Source: Candidatus Pacearchaeota archaeon (GTDB taxonomy: Archaea; Nanobdellota; Nanobdellia; Pacearchaeales; GW2011-AR1). Taken from it: a stretch of DNA of 64,000 nt. The DNA lies in NCBI GenBank assembly GCA_018221285.1, contig JAAOYJ010000003.1:87030-151029 (forward strand). Reading direction: 5' to 3'. The position numbers and the translations under genes are program-made. Positions within the stretch are counted from its first letter, which is position 1, and each line of letters opens with the position of its first letter. This document shows, in pieces, positions 27,323 through 37,146 of the stretch. Below the pieces are notes generated by a model. That model searched no databases. It was given only the letters and a program-made list of their open reading frames with translations, and was not told the DNA's origin.

Positions 27323-27787
27323 ATGCTACCAAAATCACATATAATTCTCGGAGCAATTTTTTCAACAATCTTAATTTATTTTTTCAATTTTTCCTTAATT
27401 GCAGGAATAATAATCTTTTTGTCGTCGGTGTTCATAGATGTTGACCATTATTTATATTATGTTTACAAAAAAAAAGATTGGAGTTTGTGGAAGGCCTATA
27501 AATGGTGGATGCAAGGTAATAAAAAACTTATAGAATTAGATAGAAAGCAAAGGAACGAATTCGCTCACGGCTTTGCTTTTTTACATGGTTTTGAAATGTT
27601 GGCCATTTTGGCAGTTCTCGGAAAAATGATATCCATTTATTTTTATTATATTTTAATAGGCATTTCCTTCCATTTATTCTTAGACCTAATTCATCAAAGA
27701 ACAATCCATGATCGGCTTGATAAGTATTCCATAATTTACGATTGGATTAAATATAAGAAAATGAGATTTTTGGAAGAGCTATTTTAA
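27323..27787 (+). CDS. membrane-bound metal-dependent hydrolase-like protein (YdjM/DUF457-like)
   Basis: MLPKSHIILG start, FIDVDHY, several TM segments. The ORF-track start 27311 is TTG inside secD; ATG at 27323. Confidence 0.4.
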   Translation: MLPKSHIILGAIFSTILIYFFNFSLIAGIIIFLSSVFIDVDHYLYYVYKKKDWSLWKAYKWWMQGNKKLIELDRKQRNEFAHGFAFLHGFEMLAILAVLGKMISIYFYYILIGISFHLFLDLIHQRTIHDRLDKYSIIYDWIKYKKMRFLEELF

Positions 27788-28515
27788 TTTTTCCTCATCT
27801 TTACCGTTCTCGGAAGATACATTAATCCCAAGAAACTCCCCAAAACTTTTTTCCTCGAATGTTTAAAATCTGTCACACCTCTATAAAGCCATTCCAACCC
27901 TAATTTCCGAACAATTTTTGGCGCCTCTTTTTTCTTCCCTGTTATAAAATCTAATGCCGCTCCCACGTTAAATATACAATTAACATTAATTTTATGATAT
28001 ATCTCCGAGGCCAATATTTCCTGTTTTGGATTTCCTATCCCTACCCAAAGATAATTAATTCCATTTTCGTTTATCAAATTTGTTATTTTTTGAATTTCTT
28101 TTTTGGAGAATTTATTCCCTTTTATATAGGGAGGATTATAGTAAAAAACTTTGCCCGAATCTAAGTTGAATCTTTGAGAGATTTTTTTAATATCTTCATC
28201 ATTAGCGCTATCAGAACCAAGAAAAAAATGTTTCTTCTTTTTCAATAACTTTTGATTTCCCATTAGAAATATTGTAAAGTCTGTCCCCCGAATTCTCTTA
28301 GCTCTAAAGATAAATGAAATAGTCGAACTATCAACCAATGTTAGGCTATTACCTCTTAGTTCCTCAAGAGCCTTTCTAAATCCCCCCACCTTCCTATATA
28401 AATAAACGCTATATAAATTTAGAAAGTTGAAAATGGTTTTCCTTCCAGGGTGGTTCAATATAAACTCTCTCAACTCTTCTTTATCTTTTGGTGTGAATGA
28501 TAATCCTTTTTCCAT
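27784..28515 (-). CDS. WecB/TagA/CpsF-family (GT26) glycosyltransferase
   Basis: LWVGIGNPKQE, NVGAALDF.TG....AP, GLEWLYR. ATG at 28515 (the ORF-track start is TTG). Confidence 0.8.
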   Translation of the reverse strand: MEKGLSFTPKDKEELREFILNHPGRKTIFNFLNLYSVYLYRKVGGFRKALEELRGNSLTLVDSSTISFIFRAKRIRGTDFTIFLMGNQKLLKKKKHFFLGSDSANDEDIKKISQRFNLDSGKVFYYNPPYIKGNKFSKKEIQKITNLINENGINYLWVGIGNPKQEILASEIYHKINVNCIFNVGAALDFITGKKKEAPKIVRKLGLEWLYRGVTDFKHSRKKVLGSFLGLMYLPRTVKMRKN

Positions 28516-28554
28516 AAACAATTTAATTAGTCACCGTTTATAAAAATAATGGGC

Positions 28555-29628
28555 TTAGTACTTATCAACTTTCCCGTTCAAGATTTTTATTTTTTCTTGT
28601 TCTAAATCAGATTGAACCATTCTTGTAACTAATTCATCAAATGTAACCTGGGGCCTCCACCCTAATTTTTCCCTTGCCTTGCTAGAATCTCCTAATAAAG
28701 TCTCTACTTCTGTGGGCCGAAAATAACGAGAATCTATTCCAATAATAACTTCACCCGTTTCCCTATCAACCCCTTTTTCTTCTAATCCTTCCCCTGTCCA
28801 CTCCAAGTTAAATCCTAGTTTCCTAGCAACTTCTTCAACAAACTGCCTAACACTATAATTTTTCCCTGTGGCAATCACATAATCATCTGGCTCCTCTTGC
28901 TGTAACATTAACCACATAGATCTAACATAATCTTCTGCATGCCCCCAATCTCTTTTTGCTTCAAGATTCCCTAAAAATAAAGTTTTATCAACCCCTAATT
29001 TTATTCTTGTAAGCCCCCTAGTTATTTTTCTAGTCACGAATGTTTCACCCCTTCTCTCAGACTCATGATTAAATAAAATTCCATTACAAGCAAAAATCCC
29101 ATAAGCTTCTCTATAGTTTTTAGTAATCCAATAAGCGTAAATTTTAGCTGCAGCGTAAGGAGAACGAGGGTTAAAGGGGGTTTTCTCTGTTTGAGGTGTT
29201 TCTAGCACCTCCCCATAAAGTTCACTAGTCGAAGCTTGATAAAATTTAGTTTTATTTTCTAACTTTAAAATTCTTATAGCCTCCAATATCCTTAATGTTC
29301 CGAGAGCATCTGATTGTGCAGTGTATTCAGGAGTTTCGAATGAGACTTGTACATGGCTTTGGGCCCCAAGATTATAAATCTCATCAGGCTGAACTTCTTG
29401 GATCATTCTAATGAGGTTTGTAGCATCAGTCAGATCTCCATAATGCAATATAAAATTTCTATGATTTATATAAGGCGCTTCGTAGATATGGTCAACACGC
29501 CCGGTATTAAAACTTGAAGACCTTCGTTTTATCCCATGCACTTCGTAACCTTTCTTTAACAAAAATTCCGCGAGATAACTTCCATCTTGTCCTGTAATCC
29601 CCGTTATCAGCGCTTTTTTACTTATCAT
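28555..29628 (-). CDS. gmd: GDP-mannose 4,6-dehydratase (copy 2)
   Basis: Same motifs as copy 1. Most residues are identical on by-eye alignment, and long nucleotide runs are shared. Confidence 0.95.
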   Translation of the reverse strand: MISKKALITGITGQDGSYLAEFLLKKGYEVHGIKRRSSSFNTGRVDHIYEAPYINHRNFILHYGDLTDATNLIRMIQEVQPDEIYNLGAQSHVQVSFETPEYTAQSDALGTLRILEAIRILKLENKTKFYQASTSELYGEVLETPQTEKTPFNPRSPYAAAKIYAYWITKNYREAYGIFACNGILFNHESERRGETFVTRKITRGLTRIKLGVDKTLFLGNLEAKRDWGHAEDYVRSMWLMLQQEEPDDYVIATGKNYSVRQFVEEVARKLGFNLEWTGEGLEEKGVDRETGEVIIGIDSRYFRPTEVETLLGDSSKAREKLGWRPQVTFDELVTRMVQSDLEQEKIKILNGKVDKY

Positions 29629-29686
29629 AGATTATTCTATTAGTCTATACTTTAAAAAGATTTATGATATAAAAAGAAGATTTTAA

Positions 29687-31186
29687 TTATTTGTTCCGCC
29701 CAATACTTTTAATTAATTTTATGTCCTCTTTTCCAACCCCTTTAATTAGGAACATTACTATGAAATAAATTAAAGCCCCAAGGAAAATTTCAATAAGTCC
29801 TGTAAGAATATTAATATCTACTTTCGAATTATATATTATTAAAAAAGCTGCCATTATCAAAGATGCTAAGACTGGTTTAATAATAAAAAATAAATTTACT
29901 CGTATTTTAACAAGCCGTTTAGAATATAAAATAAGAGATATATTTAATACCAATCTGCTTATAACTGTAGCTATTCCTGCACCAGTAATCGCGTATATTT
30001 GGTTGATATTTAATAGGGATTTGATAAGAACATAATTAAGGATAATGTTTAAAATAAGTGAAGCAAAATTTATTTTGAAAAGAATTTTTGTCTTTTCTTT
30101 TAATTGTAAGATTGGCAGATAAATAGATTCGAGAGGGAGTATCAAAATGAACAATGAAAATACATAGAAAGGCCATAATGCATTTAGGTATTCATTCCCA
30201 TATAAAGTCAGTATAAAATATCTCCCCAAAATAACCGCTCCGAAAAAAGAAGGGATTATTATGATCGCTAAATATCTAAAAATTTTTTCAAGTCCAGATC
30301 CAAGAGTATTATCTGTTGCACGAGAGAAAATAGGAAGGAGTATGCTAGAAAAAGTAAAAAAACTTGCTATTGCAGCCACCAATCCAAAACCAACCCTATA
30401 AAAAGCCAGATACGCAGGTTCAACAAATCTCCCCAACATTAATGTGTCCACATAACCAAAAATTATAATTGATATTCCTGCAAGAGACATGTATTCCAAA
30501 TAATTAAAAAGTTTCCTCCTCTCTATAGGAATTCGCTTACCAAAAATAAGTTTCCTATCTTTCCCAGCAAAAGTGATTATTAAGGGGATAAGAATAAACC
30601 CCAAAAAGGTTAAACCAATAAATAAGCTAGAAAGAATAATGTCTTTTGGAAGGAGATAAAGAATTATAATAACCACAATTATCTTTAGGGGTTCATAAAT
30701 AGTTCCCACTAAAAAACTTTTACTCAGATTATTTGTACAAAGAAAGATAAGCCTAAAAAAATTACTTAAGGAAATTGCAAAAACATACAAAGAACCAAAA
30801 ATAAGGGGAAAGAATATTATTGGCTTATTAAAAATTGAATTAGCAATTAATTTGGCGGATAAGATTAGGATAAGAGAGATGGATAATGTAAGAATAACCT
30901 TTGTTTTCAGAAGATATCTAAAATAGGATCTGGCCTTTATCTCATCCCCCTCCTCTCTAAGATTTTCAGAAACATATTTTACTGTAGTTTCAGATATCCC
31001 TATGTCTGTAAAAAAAATTGCTAAAGCCAATATTGTAAAAACAAGATTATAGAGTCCAAAAAGCTCTGGCAGCAGTATTCTTGCAAGAAGAATCATAAAT
31101 ATTATGCCAAATAATTTTCCAGTAACATTCGTTAAAAAATTATAAAAGAGATTATTAATCGCCTTCTGTTTTAAGTTTTCTCCCAT
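29687..31186 (-). CDS. MOP/Wzx-family oligosaccharide flippase
   Basis: 499 aa, polytopic (roughly 12-14 TM), with the N-terminal pattern of polysaccharide biosynthesis proteins. Confidence 0.7.
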   Translation of the reverse strand: MGENLKQKAINNLFYNFLTNVTGKLFGIIFMILLARILLPELFGLYNLVFTILALAIFFTDIGISETTVKYVSENLREEGDEIKARSYFRYLLKTKVILTLSISLILILSAKLIANSIFNKPIIFFPLIFGSLYVFAISLSNFFRLIFLCTNNLSKSFLVGTIYEPLKIIVVIIILYLLPKDIILSSLFIGLTFLGFILIPLIITFAGKDRKLIFGKRIPIERRKLFNYLEYMSLAGISIIIFGYVDTLMLGRFVEPAYLAFYRVGFGLVAAIASFFTFSSILLPIFSRATDNTLGSGLEKIFRYLAIIIIPSFFGAVILGRYFILTLYGNEYLNALWPFYVFSLFILILPLESIYLPILQLKEKTKILFKINFASLILNIILNYVLIKSLLNINQIYAITGAGIATVISRLVLNISLILYSKRLVKIRVNLFFIIKPVLASLIMAAFLIIYNSKVDINILTGLIEIFLGALIYFIVMFLIKGVGKEDIKLIKSIGRNK

Positions 31187-31281
31187 TTTTCCTTTACATT
31201 TCTAAACTTTATATAACTTATTAAAGGAGGTTATGCCTTATGGAACAATATACTTATAAATAATTAAAGATATAGAATTGG

Positions 31282-32052
31282 ATGAATCAAAAATATATTA
31301 CCTTTTTAAAAAAATACCCAAGAATTTTCAGGATTGCTAAAGCCACCTATACATATGGATACTTAAAATTAAAAAGACTGGAAAAGATTCCTAAGAGGAT
31401 TGCTTTCAAAATCACAAGGAATGAGGACATTGTTGAGAAGTTATTACTTGATTATCCAATGATTCTTTCAGGAATGGTCTCAGAGAATCATATAAGAGTT
31501 ATTCTAACTAATCTAAAAAAGGTGTTAGATGAAAATGTTGAAGGAGACATAGTAGAATTAGGTTGTAATGTTGGAACAACCTCCTTATTTATTAGGAGAT
31601 TCCTTAATTATTATAAATCCGAAAAGAGATTCCACGTTTATGATTCTTTTGAAGGGTTACCAGAGAAGGAGGCTAAAGATCAAAGCAATACCGAATATCA
31701 ATTCAAAGAAGGGGAATGTAAAAAAGAGAAAGAAGAGATTATTAATAATTTTAAACGTGCAAAACTAAAATTGCCTGAAATCCATGTTGGATGGTTTGGA
31801 AAAATACCTGATGAAGAGTACCCTAGAAAAATAGCCTTCGCATTTTTTGACGGAGATTTTTATTCATCAATCCTCGATAGTTTTGATAAAGTTTACTCAA
31901 GGATGGCCCCTAATTCTAGAATAACAATCCATGATTACCAATCAAAATTTTTACCAGGGGTAGAGAAAGCCTGCGCAGAATTTTTGGAAGATAAGCCAGA
32001 AAAAGGAACAATAACAAATAACGATCACATAGGCATAATGATTAAAAAATAA
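31282..32052 (+). CDS. TylF/MycF-like class I SAM-dependent O-methyltransferase
   Basis: GDIVELGCNVGTTSLF (SAM motif I) and FDGDFYSS...HDY metal/SAM motif, typical of macrocin-O-methyltransferase-like enzymes. Confidence 0.7.
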   Translation: MNQKYITFLKKYPRIFRIAKATYTYGYLKLKRLEKIPKRIAFKITRNEDIVEKLLLDYPMILSGMVSENHIRVILTNLKKVLDENVEGDIVELGCNVGTTSLFIRRFLNYYKSEKRFHVYDSFEGLPEKEAKDQSNTEYQFKEGECKKEKEEIINNFKRAKLKLPEIHVGWFGKIPDEEYPRKIAFAFFDGDFYSSILDSFDKVYSRMAPNSRITIHDYQSKFLPGVEKACAEFLEDKPEKGTITNNDHIGIMIKK

Positions 32053-32073
32053 TTTAGAATGTTTCGAACATTT

Positions 32074-32973
32074 CTATAAAAAAAAGATTCGTTTTAAAAA
32101 AATCCTTGACAGGACCTTACGAAAGAATTTTTTCGAGTCCTTTAAATTAGCTTTTATTTCCTTTGGGTGTATCAAAGGGAATTTTAAATTATATGTCTTA
32201 ACACAATAAAATCTATTATCTATAAAGTTTCCAGAAGTATGTGTTGAATCCTCCATAAAACCTATATTTTTTAAGAGATTTACTTTTGGTTTTATACACA
32301 GCCCGTTCTTTTTAAAATGTAAATATCCAAATGAATAATCCCACGCACTAACTTTTCCCAATAAAGCATTTCGGAACCCTCTTTTCGCCCAAATTCTTTC
32401 AACAGGATTTTTAAATATCTCCTTAAACTTACCTGTCTTTACATCATTTTGAAAGTCCTCCAATGTTTTATCTTGGGCAAACCATCTGTCTCTCCAAGTT
32501 GACCATCCCCAACACCCATAATACTTTGAAAAATAATATGATTCTGGAACATTTAATTTTTCTATGTGATTATACCCATTTATACTAAATATTTTTGGAT
32601 TTTTCTCATACTTATTCAACATTTCTTCGGAAAATCTAAAAAAACTTTCATTTGGAACACAATCGTCTTCAAGGATTATCCCTTTTTTTACATTTTTAAA
32701 AAACCAATCTATCGCTGAAGAAACACCTTCTTTACACCCTAAATTTTTACTCAAAAATCTAGTTTTTACAACACATTTCCAATTTATATTATTTAAAATA
32801 TATTTTCTTACAGCATCTGTTTTAATTTTTTCTTCTTTAGTTCTTGGACCGTCTGCTGCAATAAAGATCTTACTCGGTTTTACTTTTGATATCTCTTTGA
32901 GAGTCTTTTTTACAGTATCTAATCGATTAAACACCACGAATAAAACAGGAGTCTCAAGTTTGAATTTATCCAT
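32074..32973 (-). CDS. GT-A fold nucleotide-diphospho-sugar transferase (GNT-I-like)
   Basis: PVLFVVFNR.DT..K.L..I, IAADGPR, ILEDDCVP (DxD-like). Confidence 0.55.
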   Translation of the reverse strand: MDKFKLETPVLFVVFNRLDTVKKTLKEISKVKPSKIFIAADGPRTKEEKIKTDAVRKYILNNINWKCVVKTRFLSKNLGCKEGVSSAIDWFFKNVKKGIILEDDCVPNESFFRFSEEMLNKYEKNPKIFSINGYNHIEKLNVPESYYFSKYYGCWGWSTWRDRWFAQDKTLEDFQNDVKTGKFKEIFKNPVERIWAKRGFRNALLGKVSAWDYSFGYLHFKKNGLCIKPKVNLLKNIGFMEDSTHTSGNFIDNRFYCVKTYNLKFPLIHPKEIKANLKDSKKFFRKVLSRIFLKRIFFL

Positions 32974-33005
32974 TTTCTTTAAAGTTATATACTATTTTTA
33001 AAGAT

Positions 33006-34121
33006 TTATTTATTAATAGATTCTTCATAAATCCTTTCTAATTTCTTCATTCTCTTTTCAATAGAAAACTTGCCATATTCAATTTCTTTTCTGCAGTTTA
33101 GCCCCATCTTTTTCCGGAGATTTTTATCTTTTATCAGAATCTCCGTACTTTTCTCAAGTTTATCAATAGTTTTTTTAAGAGTATTGAGATTAGTTAAACC
33201 TTGCATCCCTTTTCTATCTGGCTCATTGATAACAAATCCTGTTTTTCCATCTTGCACAATTTCCCTCCTTGATTGCCCATCTACAGTAATAACTGGGATT
33301 CCAAAAGCTTGGGCCTCTATCATCGGAAATCCGTACGTATCATTATAAGAAGGGTAAAGGAATATGTCTGCCCGAGGGAATATCTCATTCATTATTTTTT
33401 CATAGGGAACTAGTGAATTAATAAATTCAATCTTTTTATTAGGAGAATATTTATCTAAAACTTCTTTAGGAATTTTAGACAAGACAAGGCCATAAACATT
33501 AGGAAACTTTTTGGTTAATCTATCCATGATTTCTACCGCATGTAAGCCTCCTTTAAAGTAAAATCTTCTACTAAAGAAAAATAAAGTAATTTTTTCATAA
33601 TTTCTCTTAATTGCTTTTTGTGCCGGCATCGCGTAATGAAGAACCTCTATTTTTTCTTTTATTTTTGGAAATTTTTCTATAAGATCTTTTTTACCCCATT
33701 CTGTCCAAGATAAGATCTTTTTACAATAATCAGAGCCTAATATCTTTTCCACTTTCTTTTTACTTTCTAAACTAGGTTTAATATTCTGAGAGACCCACAT
33801 TTGTTCGGGATACTCTAAATCACATATCCAAGGCCTTTTATTATACGACAAACAATGGGCACAGTGAATTAAATCGTATTCACTTTTACACCTTGTTAAG
33901 TGGGAATTAATCATAAATGGGAAAAAAATCTCCAGATATTTTTTGATATTTTGTTTTATAAAATTATTTATTTCGAATTTTCTATTATTAGTAATATTCC
34001 CTATGTGTTTAAGATTATTCAAATATTCCACATTTTTCGGAGCGTGCTCTAAAAGAGATTTATAATAATTTGAATCCCCATATCTCCATGGAAATTGCAT
34101 ATAAATTTTTATTTTTTTCAT
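33006..34121 (-). CDS. GT4-family (GT-B) glycosyltransferase
   Basis: C-terminal YGFPMIEAQAFGIPVIT and GKTGFV motif. Confidence 0.8.
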   Translation of the reverse strand: MKKIKIYMQFPWRYGDSNYYKSLLEHAPKNVEYLNNLKHIGNITNNRKFEINNFIKQNIKKYLEIFFPFMINSHLTRCKSEYDLIHCAHCLSYNKRPWICDLEYPEQMWVSQNIKPSLESKKKVEKILGSDYCKKILSWTEWGKKDLIEKFPKIKEKIEVLHYAMPAQKAIKRNYEKITLFFFSRRFYFKGGLHAVEIMDRLTKKFPNVYGLVLSKIPKEVLDKYSPNKKIEFINSLVPYEKIMNEIFPRADIFLYPSYNDTYGFPMIEAQAFGIPVITVDGQSRREIVQDGKTGFVINEPDRKGMQGLTNLNTLKKTIDKLEKSTEILIKDKNLRKKMGLNCRKEIEYGKFSIEKRMKKLERIYEESINK

Positions 34122-35131
34122 TCTCCAAAAATTTCCTTGAACCTTTTTAATATTTTTTTCTCATCCATATCTTTGTTAATTTTATTACCTTTAAGCCAAG
34201 GCTCTTTTAAAATTTTGGCATACTCTTTTTCATCACCATCTATCTCAATTATTCTTTCTATCAATTCTTTCGTATTTTTGAAATCATTTAAATCCAAAAA
34301 ACTCTTTTTATTAAAATCTCTATTCACCAACGGATTTCCATAATAAATTGGGATGCTATTAACAACCATCGGTTGCACAAGTTTTTCGGTCGTATACCCT
34401 GGCGATGTAAAACTTTCGAATGCTATAGTAAACTTATAATTTTTGAGAAATCTAATTTTTTCTTTGGGCCAATTGAGAGAGCTTCTCGATTCAGAACTGT
34501 CTTTATGATCTCCAATTGGAGGCATATTGTTCATACATCTTCCAGGAGAATCAACTCTTTTATATTTATTAAGTATCTTAAAAAATTCATTCCGGGAGTT
34601 TAGGTCATTCGAATAGATGAAATTACAAAATTTTGTTTTTTCCCTCAAGATTTTTTTCATAGAAATATTTTTTTTAATGAGATTTTCTGAATAGCCAAGA
34701 TAAAAATAGTAAGGGAGTCTTAAGTGTCTTGGATGCTTGAATTCTTCATCATAACAGAATGAAAAAGCCCAATCACATTTATTCATATCCGGTTTAACAT
34801 TTTCCGAAGTATAAAAGATTTTGATGAAATCTCCTTTTGGAGGAATTATCTGTCTTGCTAACCTTTTTTTCCAATATTCAGAATTTTTAAGTTTTCCCCA
34901 TAATTTTGAATTTTTTAATGTTGAAAATACTCTTGGAGAGATATTTTTCAACGCGGATGATTTTTTAGATTGTCCATAAAAACTTTCCCCAAAAACAGAG
35001 AAAAAAACATAATCGGGCTTATCACTGATTTTAATATTATAATGATTTTTTAAAAGATCTATGAAAAAGTTTTTTTTTGGATCAAAATCTGGCCAGAAAT
35101 CCCTAAAATTTATCTTAATAGTTTTTTTCAT
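34118..35131 (-). CDS. GT10-family alpha-1,3/4-fucosyltransferase
   Basis: FCNFIYSN..SRNEFF and YKFTIAFESFTSPGYTTEKLVQPMVVNSIPIYYG match the GT10 motifs (compare Helicobacter FucT KFNLCFENS..GYVTEK...IPIYWG). Confidence 0.8.
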   Translation of the reverse strand: MKKTIKINFRDFWPDFDPKKNFFIDLLKNHYNIKISDKPDYVFFSVFGESFYGQSKKSSALKNISPRVFSTLKNSKLWGKLKNSEYWKKRLARQIIPPKGDFIKIFYTSENVKPDMNKCDWAFSFCYDEEFKHPRHLRLPYYFYLGYSENLIKKNISMKKILREKTKFCNFIYSNDLNSRNEFFKILNKYKRVDSPGRCMNNMPPIGDHKDSSESRSSLNWPKEKIRFLKNYKFTIAFESFTSPGYTTEKLVQPMVVNSIPIYYGNPLVNRDFNKKSFLDLNDFKNTKELIERIIEIDGDEKEYAKILKEPWLKGNKINKDMDEKKILKRFKEIFGE

Positions 35132-35168
35132 TTTATAATTATGTAAATCTTATTTTTAAACTTTATAA

Positions 35169-36071
35169 CTAAATCCCTTGGGAAAGGCCGTCCCTAACCC
35201 CTCTTAAAAAAGCTTTCAAATTCTCATAACGATTTTTATTTAATGAAATCTTTAGAATGTTTTTTGGAGTTTTATATAACATGAAATATAACAAAAACGG
35301 ATAATAATAAAAACCACCATATTTTTTCTCAAACCAGATAGTGTTCCGATTTTCCAAATACCTTCTCAAACCACTTATCTTTTTTGAGGTTGCTGCTCCT
35401 TTGTGCCATATCCTCGAAGAAGGAATAATAAATGTTTTGAATCCAGCCTTTTTTATTCTAAAAGCAAGTTCAATTTCTTCCCCATACGCAAAAAATTTAT
35501 CATTAAAACCTCCCATTTTCTCAAATAAATCCTTTTTTATTAGCCAACATACCCCCGAAGCATAATCAACTTGGAAATCGTTTTCTTTATGAATTCTCGT
35601 TCTTCTTCCACAACCCATCAATAGGTTAAATTTTCCAGGAGAATCAACAAAACTTAATCGCGCCTTATTATAATAATTATAAACAAGAGGGGCAACAACC
35701 CCTACATTATCGTTTTTCCCCATTTTTTCCATTAAAGGGTTTAAGAAATTTTTCTCAACAATTGTATCATTATTGAGCAAAAGAAGATAGTCTAACCCCT
35801 CTTTCCTTATTTTATTAAACAAGTAATTATTCCCCCCTGTAAATCCCTTATTTTCTTTTAAAGTTAATAAATTAAATTTAACTTTCTTTTTGAGTTCCCT
35901 TAATTTTTTTACTGAATCATCTCCCGAACCATTATCTAAAACCCATATCTCATAATTTTTGTAATTTATTTCTTTTATACTTTTTAAACATTCTATTGTG
36001 TCTTTTGATCCATTAAGATTAAGCAAGAGAATTCCTATCTTTGGATCTTTTATTAAAAATTTGTTTTCCAT
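35169..36071 (-). CDS. GT2-family glycosyltransferase
   Basis: GILLLNLNGSKDTIECL.SI, VLDNGSGDDS, NNDT. Confidence 0.85.
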   Translation of the reverse strand: MENKFLIKDPKIGILLLNLNGSKDTIECLKSIKEINYKNYEIWVLDNGSGDDSVKKLRELKKKVKFNLLTLKENKGFTGGNNYLFNKIRKEGLDYLLLLNNDTIVEKNFLNPLMEKMGKNDNVGVVAPLVYNYYNKARLSFVDSPGKFNLLMGCGRRTRIHKENDFQVDYASGVCWLIKKDLFEKMGGFNDKFFAYGEEIELAFRIKKAGFKTFIIPSSRIWHKGAATSKKISGLRRYLENRNTIWFEKKYGGFYYYPFLLYFMLYKTPKNILKISLNKNRYENLKAFLRGVRDGLSQGI

Positions 36072-36080
36072 AGGATTAAA

Positions 36081-37013
36081 TCATTTCTTTAGAGTGAGTT
36101 CTACATTATCCCCCTTGTTTATTAAATTAATGGGGAATGAGATTATATGGAAAATATATTTAATTGGTTTGCGATTTAGAATGTTTTTATTGAGATTCAT
36201 ATATCTTCTTCCCCCTCTATTAAGATAATAAATAAATGAAGGTACAAAAGCATTGACCCCTAGCGTCCTTGTTTTTCCTATTTTAAAATTATTTTTCTCT
36301 GCGTACCTTTTTAAATGTTCTAAATTGAAGCTAAAGAAATGTCTTGGGAGATCATAATGGACCCAAAATTTTCCAAAAAGATAGTTTGTAAAAGAGGACG
36401 TATTTGGAGTTTCTAAAATAAATGTCCCATCTTTTTTCAATATTCTATAGACTTCTTTTAAGGTTATCATAGGGTCTCTTACGTGCTCTAATACATGTCT
36501 CATTGTTATAACATCAAAATAATTTGAAGGATATTTTGCATCCAATAAATCTCCCTTATAAATTTTGAGTTTATTTTTTATAGCATATTTTCCATCAAAA
36601 TCTCCAATTTCTACTCCAAAACAATCCATCCCGAATTCAGACATTGATTTCAAAAAAGTCCCTGAGCCACAACCAATATCTAGGATTTTACCCTTTTGAA
36701 TTATTTTTGCGCCTCTTACAAATGATTTTAATGGGGAGAGTAATATTTTCATTAAAAGAGAACCTTTATCAGAATAAATTGTTTTATAAATTGTTTTTAT
36801 AATTTTTTTATCATCTTTTCTCCCGAAGGAATAATAAAATTCAGAAGGGTAGTGTTTGAGAAGTTCCTCATCTTTTAGTTGTGAGGATAAAAAAACTAAA
36901 CCGCAATTACGACATTTGTAGAGTGAGAATTCCCCAGAGATATTAAACATTCGATCTTTTGAATTAAATAGAAAATCATGGTCCTTCTTCCCACACAAAT
37001 TACATTTCTCCAT
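36081..37013 (-). CDS. class I SAM-dependent methyltransferase with N-terminal zinc ribbon
   Basis: CNLCG...CRNCG, then SAM motif ILDIGCGSGTF. ATG at 37013 (the ORF-track start is TTG). Confidence 0.8.
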   Translation of the reverse strand: MEKCNLCGKKDHDFLFNSKDRMFNISGEFSLYKCRNCGLVFLSSQLKDEELLKHYPSEFYYSFGRKDDKKIIKTIYKTIYSDKGSLLMKILLSPLKSFVRGAKIIQKGKILDIGCGSGTFLKSMSEFGMDCFGVEIGDFDGKYAIKNKLKIYKGDLLDAKYPSNYFDVITMRHVLEHVRDPMITLKEVYRILKKDGTFILETPNTSSFTNYLFGKFWVHYDLPRHFFSFNLEHLKRYAEKNNFKIGKTRTLGVNAFVPSFIYYLNRGGRRYMNLNKNILNRKPIKYIFHIISFPINLINKGDNVELTLKK

Positions 37014-37146
37014 TTTCAAGTAGCATCTTTAATATTTAATAAACTTTGCGTGATTACCTATTAAGATAACTTGTAGAAGATGAATTAATAATTAGGTTTT
37101 ATAAACTCTTGAAGGTTTATTTTAAAAATAAAATACTCTCATCAAA

